Origin: Azolla caroliniana
Taxonomy: Eukaryota; Plantae; Polypodiophyta
Assembly (NCBI GenBank): GCA_043228905.1
Contig: JBHGNT010000014.1
Coordinates: forward strand, 992,001 to 1,056,000
Direction: 5' to 3'
Length of the DNA: 64,000 bases
Notes under the pieces: generated by a model
Seen by the model: only the letters and a program-made list of their open reading frames with translations
What the model was told of the DNA's origin: nothing
The model's database searches: none
Translations under genes and position numbers: made by a program
In this document: positions 11,733-24,608 of the stretch, piece by piece
Position numbering within the stretch: position 1 is the first letter of the stretch
Layout of the letters: the number at the start of each line of letters is the position of its first letter

Positions 11733-14700
11733 TGATTTGACATTTCCACTCAACTAGATCCCACAAAAGGTGATCAATGGGCTTATTTTCATAAACCCAA
11801 ACTTCAAATAAACTATTTATATCATTTGGATGTGGATTCAACATCCACCTTTTATCGTTGTTCGACAATATACGAATAGGCAACATACTCCCTTACTTAC
11901 AACATTGTCTTCCATAAAGATAGAATGAAGTTGTCTAGAAGGTAAAACATGAAAATAAGACATTCATGAGAGTTTTTCTAACCCCTAACCCCCAACAAAA
12001 CATGTAAGGATGAAAACATCCCATACAAGAATGGACAAATTTGAGAATGTGGTTTTGTTATATGGACAAATGATTTATTCAAATTTCCTTAAGTTACAAA
12101 GTGGGGATCACCATGCATTATCTTACATCATTTGTTGTGGAGAGCATTTGACAATTTGTCCAATAAACCTTGATCCTAAGAACATGCCACACCTATGCAT
12201 CTAGCATGTCAAGAATTGGTTATCCATAACAATATCTTTAAATTATAATTTGGCTATCCATTAAGTTTATGCCAGTGAAAGATCCATTGCAAACACTTAC
12301 ACTGATCATGACACAAGTGCATTCTTTTCTCATGTAACAAAGTTCAAAGGACTTGTCTTTCTTAAGAATGAATCAAGTTTTAAAAAGATAAAAAAATACT
12401 TGCACAATTTACTATTATTAACATAGATATGGATGATTGGTTGCCCAAAAGTGATATAGTCATTTTGTGCATATTAAATAGGTTTTCACAAGCCACCTCT
12501 ATCAATAGACATCTTGTTCTCTTATAATATCTAGTATGGTCGTATCAACAACTTCTAAAGTCAATCATTTATCAAACAACAAGAGCATCAATAATTGAAA
12601 GTAGGTGGAACCCATGGTAGTAGTAGACCATGCTTCTAATAAGGTGGGGAATCTTGAGTGCCCTCTTTTGAGAAATAAGAGAATTAAGAGTATATATAAA
12701 AGAAGTGCATTATCAAGCATACTTGATTGTTCAAAAGTCCATGCTTCTATGTCATATTTTATATGTACTATGAGATACTATTATACACAACCTTTTCTTA
12801 GCATCGACTTTCTAAGTAGCCAATCTATTCTTTTGAAAAGTTATGATAAAGCAAAACTTATTTCCCACTTGGTTACTGTAAATTGGTTATGTTAACCTCA
12901 CATATGCATTTACAATTTGATTATGTGCTTAATCTTAATCTTAAGAATTACAGACAAGATGCATTGTCATGTTTACATTATGTCTTGTTAATTTAGGCAC
13001 TATTATTCAACAACATGTCATACATTATTATCCTCTATTGTCTCTCATCAAGTTTGTTATGAGATGCAAGTTGAATGTATAGCCATAGTCTATCTTATGT
13101 GCATGTGTTGTTTTATTTAGATGGTTGCTCGAAGTATTTACAAGCTTTACTTCACAATTGGCATACACGTGTAGCTTGATATGCATACATAGGAGAATAG
13201 TCTTCTATGAGATGTTCTGCATTACTTTATCATAATAATAGCTTCACATATGGTCACACAATTAAGAGGAAAAGAGACACAATTCAATGTGCTATTACTT
13301 TATATACAATTCTAATAGTGTCATGCTATTCAATACAAAAATTCTAGTTTATGAGGGCATGGTAATCCTTGAGCCAGTATCATATGAATTTTAAATTCTT
13401 TCATACAAAAATCGCCTTTTTACATGAAAGGCCACTTGTAAGAGAAGGTTCAAGAAGGTGAAAATTAGATGGAAGATTTTGGTTATACACATCAACGTCA
13501 AAACACATACACAATTAGAAGTTGAAAACCGACTTCGGTTATTGTGGCATCTCACAAGTTATTCGAAATAGTTTAATCTTAGACCAACACTAAAAAATAG
13601 AACCCAAGGTCAAGACAAGGAAATTTTGATATGGATGGTCGAGTGTATAACAAAACGAAAAGTTTTCGTTGAATGCAATCACACCTAAAGAGAGCATATT
13701 GTTCTCAATTGAAAGATGATCACAACTTACATCTACAACTATGACATCAATAAACCAATCGCAATATAAGTTGCATAAAGTGCATGCGGACGTGTAAAAA
13801 TAGACTTGATTCCATCTATCACATATCCTCATTTGATCGATGTCATCGTGTGTTGGCACATCTACAAGTTTCCCTTGTTATGTAATTGATTATCCTTGTG
13901 TAGATATATGGCCATATAGGTTGTCTACGTATGCGTATTTAACGTTTAGATGTGTATAATATCTCATGAATGGTATGTGTACGTTACCATGTCCAAACAA
14001 TATGAATAATACATACTTATCCAAAAAAACTTTGAATGTCATTGATATTAAAAAAAAATTAAAATGTACATGTGATATTCAAAATTATTAGAAAATTCTC
14101 CTTCAAAAAAAGCTTTTGTAAAAATCTCCCGTACATCCTAAGCAAACACCCATGATGCCCAATTTTCTTGATGTAGCTACAAGTTATAAGCTTTGAGATG
14201 TTGGAGTTGAATAGTGACAACTTGGTAACGTTTTTGCCATTCTTAATTTAAGATTTAGTAACATTATTACCTTTTGTAGTTAAATCTAAAGTTAAAGTCA
14301 AAGAGTTTGGTGCATTTTTGTTAAGTAGTTCTAAAGGTTTGTATTAGTAACAAACACCATGAACGTCTTGCTTTGCTTTTTAATGCCTAAATGATGTTGG
14401 ACCATTTGGTGCTTTGCTATATTATGGATCCTACGTTGAAGTTTCTTGATGGAGCATGGTCTTGCTATTCTCAAGGTATGGCATATTTGGCATTGCTCTT
14501 CCTGCTTGGGAAATTTATGTTTGATCCTACATCATAAGTAACATTATTGAAGTTAAGTTATATATTGTTGATATCCGAGAATTTGACGTGTTATATCCAC
14601 ATGATTGACATAGATCTTATGTGTTTATGTGTAAATGATTTGTATACATGTGGATGCACGTGGGTGATGGTGTTGAATTCGCCCTAAGGAACAACAAATC

Positions 14701-15526
14701 CTTGATATGATTGGCAAAGAGACAAGTATTGCTTTCCAATCAACTTTATACATGTAACTTCGTGGGGACCAGTGGAGCTCTTAAAATTGTTACACATATA
14801 CAATTTCCTTACACTCATAAATCTAAGGCAGTCTACTATGATACATGAGTATTGCAATTTTTAGTAGTTATCACGTGATGTGATATTGACATAGTTTTTA
14901 AAAGAACCCATGATTTCACTCTCTCATTCAAGTGATGCTCTCTTACTTTCTAGGTCCCAGATACGTTATGGTAATTGTCGAGCTCACTAAGAAATAAGAC
15001 CTTAGAGGCAATTTCAACATCAACCAAGATAAAGTGCCGGCAAAAGATATATTCCCCTTTTTTTCGGATTGGGTATTGCCATGCTTGATTGAATTCCAAT
15101 CAACATGGGGCAATGATTTTGTCCACTGATTAAAATTTTCTTTAGTAAAGAGGGGGAATGCACTATTTTTGAAAGAAGACACGATATTCATCCGTACAAG
15201 CTTGTAGATCACTGATCGAATATGTCCTTTTCTATGAAATATGATCACAAAAGAAGGAAAGAATGCTTTCAAAGAAGATTATATATAATAGATATTCATC
15301 CATACAAGCTTGTAAAACAAAACTGTCACAATTAATGGAGATGGTGGGACGGCATTATGCATTAGGTTACACTCTTGTAAGATACAAAAGAGAGGTTACA
15401 TGTATATTAAGATACAAGGAGTACATAGATTAATGAAGGGCTATGGTATACAAAGAATACATTGTTTCGGTAAGCCGAGATCACCAAGAACATCTATAGA
15501 TCCTCGACGGGGTGCAACAAAACGTG

Positions 15527-18500
15527 CTATACGAGGTTCTCTGGGAAGACCTTCTTTAGAAACTCTTGAAACCTTTGAGAGTAAAGGTGCGGATCGACAG
15601 CCGATATCGAGACAGAATCGAATTGGAACGACTTATACGCATGCTCGATCTTCTTCACCACATTGTACTCCTGCAAGATATCGATGATGCCGAAGCATAG
15701 GACGACATCATACGACTCAGCGAAAGAATCCTCTCCTGGAGACACATCTCCACCGGTCACATTTTTCGACTTCTTTTCAGCCCTTGCAGGCATGTTGGCA
15801 CCTAGCTGGATTTGAAGCCTAGTTGGTGTAATGCCAAAAAACAAGGAACTAAAGCTTAGAACATATTAGAATTTCTATGTTTAAAAAGATAGCACGTGCA
15901 AACGGTGTTATCAAGATAATCAAAAGACCTGTATGTGCACAAAACATTATTCTAAAGATGATCGGAGCCTGGTGGTTTGAGCCCCTTCCCAAATAAGCCG
16001 ACTCCCACCATGTCCCGGTTAAGCAAATTAATAATAAGATACCAAAGTGTGAAAAACAATCGCACCTTGTTGTCCCAGCGAGGAGGTCCACTTGTCCATC
16101 ACCAGCGATTGCAGCCCTCAATGAGCTACCACGAATATGGGATCCTTGTGTTTTGTCATTTGGTTCATGAGCCACCAGCACCAGGCTTTGTGGATATACG
16201 CCTAAAATGTAGCAAGTGGTTTTCAAACATATAATAGTGAACGCGATGAACATGAAAGGGTCTCGACTGGAGCCCCAAAACACCAAAGAATTCCCAACAT
16301 TTTTCATTATTTACCAGAGTACCCCCCTCAAGTTTCAGAAAATTACCACAATATTCCTCACCAACACACACACCCCTAGCATTTTTCATCTTTACCAAAA
16401 TACCCCTGAAGTGTCCGAAAATTACCACAACATACACCCCTCTGTTTATAGTCAATGTTGTGTTAGAAGACACACATCTCTCTGTAGTTGTTGATCTTGT
16501 ACTACATAGGGTGTCTTCTGGTAATTTTTTCAAAAACTTCGAGGTATTCTGGTAAATATCCAAAACCTTAGGGGGGTATTGCGGTTTCCTTCCCAATGAC
16601 CAAAGATTTCTTCCAAGATTGTCATTAAGGTTGTAAAGCTACAGGAGTTATGTATTAGTTCATGATGGTGGACACTTAATGGTTTTGGGATTTGTTTGCA
16701 TGTGTGTTGAGATGTTACCAACAATCGTCGGCGTTGTTCCTCCTTCCTTTGCATCTTTGTTTGTATTCAAAGTTTGGTAATTTGGTGCCCTAAAGTGAAG
16801 CCCTAACAGAAGGCTGTAGTCCATGATTTGCTGGGAGACAAGAAAATTGCAATCATCCTCGATTTGCCTGTAAAACAAATATTGCGATCGCAATTAACTT
16901 CCACCATCGCCCTTTCTATTCATTTTTTTCCGCGGTCAGCCCAAAGTTCTCACTAGCCCATCCACCCAAGTTCAGATCTCACTATTTGCACCAGTTTAAG
17001 AAATGCCCTCTCTCTTGGTTGGCTTGCTGGTTTAAAATCACAGGGTAGTTCTAACCTCGCTAAGGGCTCGGCCCCATACCCATAGATTGTGTTTGGTCTC
17101 CCATGTTTAGAAGCAACTCGGCGCAATAAACCAAAAATAAGAAAACACTATGTAGGCACAGTAGTAATCGCTCTTTACCTTAGAAGAGCATCCCGCCACG
17201 ATGGTTCCAAATGGAAAGTAAAGTCCAAATCGAGGTCTTTTAGTGTTGTCGTCTCATCTATCTCAATCTTATCCGTCGACCGCCCTAGTGACGATCCTTT
17301 CAAGTCAAACCGACGATGAATCCTCAATTCAGTGCAAAAGACATTGCCCATCACTACAAACCGAACCTTCAAAAGACAAAAAGCAAATGGCATGTTAGTC
17401 TACAACTAAGTTAATAACCCTCATATAAAGCCTCTGAATAAAGAAGCACATTCATTTATTTGGGACTTGAAAAGGAGGGTTTCCGTTGTACCTTGTGGCC
17501 ACCCACAAGCTTGATACGATGAAGACCAAAAAACTTCGTGACCAAGGTGTTTTCATATTTGCAAACATGGCTGTAGTAGTGCGGTAGCATTTTTAATAGA
17601 ATCTGTATCATATACCCAAAATGCAAGAGATCTGATTATAACAGGGTGTTTGGCGGTAGTACTAATGAGGCCCACAATAGTTAGCCAACTATTTCTTCGA
17701 AGTTGTATATAGTTTTTCTACATACTATTCGCATTGCCTTTCTGGAAGGAAAACTATTGTTTTCAAGATTCTATTTTGAAAACAATAGCCTTAAAACTAT
17801 GAATCAATAATAAGCTCCTATGCCACATCAGTATATGGAACTAATTGCTAGTTCTTTCTATCACTTGCTTTTTATTCCTTTCCTAAGAAGTTTCAAGGCA
17901 TATGTTTCTCTTTTTATTGTGTTTTGAATGTAATAATGCCTTGTTTCATAAATAACAACGGAGCAAATGAAATATCCTAATATATACGATATCTTAAATA
18001 CATACCTTAAGTTCTTGTTTTCGTAAAGTCTTGATAAGAAAACGATCATCGTGGGAAAGAAAAAATATGCTCCCACTTTTCCCTGGCGACGAAAGCTCTC
18101 TCAATGCATCGTTTCCACAGATCGTCAACATGTAATCAGCCGCATCGATTTTGAACATCTCACGTAATGTCCTGAAATTCCCATTGAGAAAAAAAGTTTA
18201 TATATTCTATAGCATAAAGAAAAAGGAAGAAAGAAAAGACAGATTAATTTGTCCCTCCCTAAAAGACCACAAAATGGCCAACAGAGACCTAAACGAACAA
18301 AGATTACAATCCTCTGATGTCGACATGAGCAACAAAAGAAAGATGTGTTTGTTTTTGTAATTAAAAAAAAACTTACTGAAACGCCCATAAGAAAAATATC
18401 TATGTGTATAAAAATAGATAAATAAAAAAGAGGGTTTGTTCTATAGTATGAAGACATATGACCTAGACATCGTTATTTCTTACCTGAATACAAGGGGGCA

Positions 18501-20387
18501 GTAATCTTTCCATCTAAAATCGACAGAGTGATGACATGGTGTTGTATGAGAGCCTTCTCGGGGGAAATTCATCCAGATCCTTGCTTTGTTCCCGAAATCC
18601 GACGGTTCGAGCTCCCTGTTGAGATGATCTAACTTTCCTACACTCCACCTATAACAAAACCAAGACAATCGAATTTTGCTAAATCTTACAAAAGATAACA
18701 CACAAACCTAGCATCACTATAATCTCCACATGCACGAAAACCATCTTCATTCATTTCAATCCATCCATACAAACCTACAATCATCTCATCAATGTGTCAT
18801 TCATATAGCTACATAACTTTGATTCGTTCATTGGGTCATATCAGTTTTTTCAATTTCAAATTTGATGCAAACGTTTTTCATTTCTCAACTACATACAGTT
18901 GGAAAACATTCCAGCAAAATTTCTCTCGTTTACTTTCTGAAATCGAGGTAAAACGAATTGAGCTTCCACGCACATACAAATAATGAGAATCAGTTGCCAA
19001 ATCTAGAAATCCTTGACCTAGACATGGCAGGCACCTTCTCTAGTAAATAATAAACTCACAAAAATCGTGAGTAATACTAACCCTACTAGTAACTACTTGA
19101 TTTTAAAACACCTGATAGAGCATACCTGATCCCAAGTTGCAAGTCAAGCATAAGGTCATAGCTTCGGTGCCCTTTGATAATGGTTTCCCCAGGTCTCTTG
19201 CTTTCTTTTACTTGTTGTCGTTGTCGATTTCGCTTGTGTCTGGACAGAAGTGGACCTTTCACTATCTCACTTATGAGGACACCTTGAGCATACTCTCTCT
19301 CCACAATTGGTAATATCATAGACTTCTCGAATTGAACTTCATCATCTTCCAAGATGGTTTTACCCCCAATGAACGAGTCCATACCTAGAAACTTCTCAAA
19401 CACGCCTTCCATGCTCCTCTTCCGTTCAAGGCTGACCGCCTTTGTGGGCAACGACTCGGCTTTCCGCAAGAATCCACCCGACGCGCTAACCCCTAATGCA
19501 CGGTTGTTATTCGGTTGGCTTTGCTTTTGCATTGTAGAACCAGAAAGAGCTTTCTGGATGTCGGTCGACGACGTCCTCCACAATCCGAAAGACCCTCTTC
19601 GGCTACGGTTCACATCATTGCTATCCAAATTCTCTATGGACGAGCCACCATTGGGCACGGCCCCAAAACATAATGATGAAGGCTCTGTTCCAGGTGGGTA
19701 ATAAGTACCCTTCCCATCCTTAAGACCTCTACTCCATGTGCCCACATAGCATCCACTATCCACCCATGTGTATACACCTCTCCCATGTTCTTTCCCATTT
19801 GTCCAATTTCCATCAAAAGAGTCACCATTGCTCCACGTAAGCATCCCTTTCCCGAACATACAATCCGATTTCCAACCTCCTGTATATGTGTTCCCATTGC
19901 TCCAAGTGTATGTCCCATGCCCTTCTCTCTTCCCTTGATACCAATTCCCTTTGTAATGGTCACCATTGGCATAATGCTTCTCACCCATCCCATGCTTTAG
20001 GTTCATGATCCAACTCCCAGAGTAAGTCGATCCATTAAGACCAGTATATGTCCCAACGCCATGCAAACATCCATTCAAGAAATTCCCTTCATATGTCGCA
20101 CCATTAGGCCATGTGAACTTCCCTTTACCTGATTCCATTCCTTTGTAGAACTCGCCCTCAAATTTAACACCATCTGGCCATGTGTAGGTATTGTTACCTC
20201 TATCATGACTTGCCACTCCATTGGGCAGTGAGATCCCTCTGCTTAGGGAATGATGAGATGTAGTCAAGGTTCCATTAGGGTTTGATTGTTCTTCAGAAGG
20301 GTGCACTTGGTCTTGTCGATTCCCTTGAGTAGATGGATGCACTTTGTCCCTCTCATGCCGAGTATGAATTACTAAAGAGCTTGACAT
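15527..20387 (-). CDS. PIP5K: Phosphatidylinositol-4-phosphate 5-kinase, MORN-repeat subfamily B (PIP5K7/8/9-like). Exons 20387-19126, 18648-18484, 18171-18006, 17602-17492, 17366-17179, 16867-16719, 16201-16066, 15818-15527
   Basis: Seven clear MORN repeats, then [77 protein letters not shown]. All introns are GT-AG; 2469 nt gives 822 aa. The start is taken as the first ATG. Confidence 0.95.
16311..16590. repeat. Degenerate fold-back (MITE-like) element in PIP5K intron 6
   Basis: Two copies of TTACCA..TACCCC..AAG..GAAAATTACCACAA (16311 and 16392) face an inverted copy TGGTAATTTTTTCAAAAACTTCGAGGTATTCTGGTAAA (16520-16556). Confidence 0.55.
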
Positions 20388-21329
20388 GCAGAAAGCTCGG
20401 GATAACGCCGTCTTGACCGATCTAGAAATAGAGGGTAAAAAAGACAAATATCGGAGAATGTTCCTCTTTCGATACCGGGGCCTGATGAAAAAATGGTATC
20501 ATACTAGGGTTCAAGACATATTGAAAAGCTAGATTTCGCGCTTTTTATATTGGAATCCAGGTAATGACAGAAAAAAAAAATCCTCTTTGGGAGATTCAGA
20601 TCAAACTGAAATCTTGCTTTGAAGCATCAAGATGGGGCATACAAAAGGATTGATTTAGCGCCATTGGACCAACCAGAGTTAGAGTAAAAGCTGCTACTGG
20701 AGAATATTGTCTCGTTGGTATCAATCAGAATTTCAATTGATCAAACTGGTATCAGACTTTGATGACCACCCTTTAATAGTGTCAGATCACAAATACTCCT
20801 GTTCGATGATAAGAAATTCAATCAAAATTGTAACAGGGTTTGATCAAACTGTAGTCCTGAATAACTCCAAATTAATGTAAAAAATCCACTATGGGAAGAA
20901 AAGACTCCTCTTTGGCATCAGAGATGTTCTGTCCAGATGAGCCCAGAACTGAATTCAAATTCTGATAGCTCTTCAAGACTGCGATTCTGGATTCAAATTC
21001 TGGTATGTTCAGCCAATTCCTTCGATCTGAAGCTTTGATAATAAAAAAAATGGTATCAGAGCTGGTGAATTAAAACGGTATCCAGCTTTTTAATCATCAG
21101 GATAATATCATTTGGTGATCAAAAGCATATAAGAGATGGATCAGCCGAATTCGGTCACCAAAAGGATGTCAGAGTTTATTGAATTGAGGCAAAAACACTC
21201 AGCCAGACCGCAGAATGTTATTATCCATGAACGTTTGAATGCAGAAACAGAGCCGAGCAGAACTCCCTCTCTCTCTGTTGTATAATAATATGCCTCTCTC
21301 TACCTACATATTTCTATCTCTCTGTAGTA

Positions 21330-21633
21330 GGAAACAGGGGATTCTATCTCTCTCTCTCTCTTTCTGTTTCTGCGTTCAAGGATCTATGTGTAGATAGCTA
21401 GAGCCAAGCACCAGAGCCTTGAAACATAGCTTAGAAAGAAGAGGTCAGGACAGACAGGAAAAAGGGCAAAATCAAAAGGCTGAGTGTGTTCTTTTCTTCT
21501 TCTGCTGCTGCTGCTTCTTCTTCTTGATTCTCATCATCATCATCATCATCATAAGAAGAAGAAGAAGAAAAAGGTGTTCCTTCCCTAAAATAAAGCTTCT
21601 TCAAGTAGTGATGAGCTCAATGATGATGATGAT

Positions 21634-21665
<32 letters not shown>

Positions 21666-21923
21666 GAGAGAATCTAAAGGTAAAAAACATGTGGACATAC
21701 TGTGGGGGGGGAGGAGCAGGAGGATCTAGAGAAAACACAGAGAGATTAAGTAAAAAAGGGGGGGGGGAGGGAAAGGTGAAGGTAGAAAAGAAGGGAGAGA
21801 GAGAGAGAGAGAGATGGGGTTGTGAAGGAAAAGGAAGAACAGAGAGAAAGAGGACCCACAAACAGAGAGAGACAAGAGAGAGACAATGTGTGTGTGAGAG
21901 ACAGAGAGACAGAGAGACAGAGA

Positions 21924-21957
<34 letters not shown>

Positions 21958-22022
21958 TGACCCACAAACACAGAGTGAGAGACAGAGAGTGTGTGTGTGT
22001 GTGAGAGAAAGAGAGAGAGAGA

Positions 22023-22057
<35 letters not shown>

Positions 22058-23460
22058 TGTGTGTGTGTGTGTGATAGAGAGAGATGACCCACAAACAGAG
22101 AGCGACAGAGACAGAGTGTGTGTTGTGTGAGAGCTCAGAGAAGAGAGAGAGAGAGAGAGAGTAGAGATGGAGAGAGAATGTGAATGTGTAGGAAAGGGGT
22201 AGAGAGAGAGAGAGAGAGAGTGTGTGTGTGTAGGGAAAGGGGTAGAGAGAGTGTGTGTTGTGTGTGTAGGGAAAGGGTAGAGAGAGAGTGTGTGTGTGTA
22301 TGTGTAGGGAAAGAGTAGAGAGTATGTATGTAGGATAGAGAGGAAGAGAGAGAGTCTGTATGTGTGTGGTTAGGAAAGAGTAGAGAGAGGGTGAGACAGA
22401 GAGAGTTTGTGTGTGTGTGTAGGAAAGAGTAGAGATAGATAGATAGGAAAGAGAGAGAGAGAGTGTGTGTGTGTGTGTATGTGTAGGAAAGAGTAGAGAT
22501 AGATAGATAGGAATGAGAGAGAGTGTGTGTGTGTGTAGGTAAGAAGGGTAGAGGAGGAGAGAGAAAGAGTGAGTGTGTGGGAAAGGGTAGAGAGGGAGAG
22601 AGAGAGAGAGAGAGTATGTGTGTGTGTTTCTCTCTCTAGGAAAGGTAGAGAGGGAGAGAGTGAGAGTAGAGTGTGTGTGTGTATAGGAAAGAGTAGAGAG
22701 GGTGTGTGTATAAGGAAGGGGAGAGAGGGAGAGAGAGAGAGAGAGAGTGTGTGTGTGTGTGTAGGCAAGGGTAGAGAGGGAGAGACTTCCTCTTCCTGTG
22801 GAGGGTTACAATATGTGTGGTTCTCGATGCTCGAGATTCCGGACATGTACCCGTAAGTTCTCACGGGCTTCTGCCCCGTACATGGGGAAGCTAGTGATAT
22901 ATATATAGAGAGAGAGAGAAGCGATCCCGATATTCTCTTCCGGGTGTGTCGAATGAGTTTTGTGGGAGTCACCCCTGGGCCCTAATGTTTGAGATTTTCT
23001 TCTTCTTTTTCTTCTCAGCGTCCAATGCTCTCGGCAACGTTTTCTGTCAGTGTGCCGAGGGATAGATAGATGTCGTTTTTTACGTCCACTGGAGACCGAT
23101 TGCTATCAACGAGAAAGAAAAGAAGGATATATTATTGTCTTCTAAGTTCTAAGACCAAAATCTGGCCCATCGAGAAAATTTTGATTACAGTAAAATGGGA
23201 TATGTACCCAATCATCGCACGCACACAGAGAGAGAAAGAGAGGGACAATGGAGAAGAAAAGTATACTTGAGAGAGAGAATAGCCACATAGAGAAAGATTG
23301 AATCCAACATAACGTAACCCACGTTGACAAAAGAGAGAGAAAGATACGAAACCATCACAAAGTGACAAAGACAAAATGTGTGTGTGTGTGTGTGTGTACG
23401 ATGATAAAGGGCACCGCCCTTGGCCCCCCCCCCCTCTATTTCCACCACCCACCTATATAT
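21330..23460. repeat. Compound (AG)n/(TG)n microsatellite field with a higher-order unit, upstream of PIP5K
   Basis: Long alternating AG and TG runs. In ~22185-22785 a unit like (TG)n-TAGGAAAGRGTAG-(AG)n recurs more than ten times. Confidence 0.9.
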
Positions 23461-24371
23461 ACATACATACATCTATAGATGATAGGACTCCTTTTGGAAA
23501 AGAAAACCTCATTTCATCATTGCTATAGTAGCTAGTGATAGAGCAATCATCCATCCGAGAGGATCATTGACTCTGTACTAGCCTTGTCATGGGACGACCG
23601 CTTAACTCATCCGATTGCGACGAGAATGAGACCACGAGCTTTTCAAACACATTGGTGCCATGATTTGGGACCCGCACGCAATGGACGCCACCTTCCTCAG
23701 CCTTTTGGAAAACGGATTTTCATGATATCGTGGTTGTCCACGAGCTGATGGACCACAAATGATAGTGTTGCGAGTTCCGGATGTAATGTAAACTACGGTA
23801 AAGGACTTGGAAAGAAGTGGCCGCTTTAGGACTTGGGAGGCACCAACGGGTTCACAACCTTTTCATATTGCGATTTATCAACATGAGGCCACAATGAGTA
23901 TCGATAGAATTCAATGATATGGCAACAAATTAGTCGAGAGGCCTAAAGTAGGACCCGCACATTCATAATCTCTTGATACAATAACAATCAAAATGTGTGG
24001 CTTACATCAACGTATCCATGATCATCAATGCCATGGAGCATGGTTTCGTGGAAACTCGCAACAATATAAGGATTTGAAGTCACTTGTCCATCATACAACG
24101 GAAGCTCATATGGTATGCTAATAAGTGGAGGTTAAGATGAACATCTTGAGACCTTTTGATTAGAAATGGACCATCATATGGACAATAGGGGGGGGGGGGG
24201 TTCTCATATTTCTTCCCTTTTGGGTTCTCATTTGAATCAACAAAGTGAATCATTCAATTTATGAGAATTTATTATTATAACTCGGCAGTTTGTTCATGTG
24301 TCATCACAAGAGTGGCTCATAAACAGTGTGGCAATAAATTATTAAATTCCCGAAGGCCATCATGAAGGAAA

Positions 24372-24480
24372 ATCATTAAAATTCTAGTTGTCAACGTGTC
24401 ATTATATGATTAAACATTTGATCATTAAAAATCCAGTTAACAATGTGTCATGATGTGGTTAAATGTTGAACCATTAAAAA
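24372..24480. repeat. ~49-bp tandem repeat, about 2.3 diverged copies
   Basis: ATCATTAAAA..AGTT..CAA.GTGTCAT..T.TG.TTAAA is repeated. Confidence 0.6.
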
Positions 24481-24531
24481 TTTAACAAGGGATGTGGCAA
24501 TATCTTATTCAATAAAAAGGACTTGTAACAC

Positions 24532-24608
24532 CTTCTTTCAATGGTTGAGAATAAACTTCATCTGACTCCCACCAAATTTTACGATGTGGGGTCAACCATT
24601 GGAAGAAG
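24532..24608. repeat. Small hairpin element with 17-bp terminal inverted repeats
   Basis: CTTCTTTCAATGGTTGA (24532-24548) matches the reverse complement of TCAACCATTGGAAGAAG (24592-24608) at 16/17 positions. Confidence 0.65.

Noticed and set aside
11750-13900. Possible decayed Helitron or other TE coding remnant
   Set aside because: No diagnostic motif recognised by eye; needs a profile search.
21419-23472. Many ORFs of up to 200 aa (e.g. SLSLSHTHTH, RERERE)
   Set aside because: They are translations of AG/TG microsatellites that lack stop codons; no coding signal.
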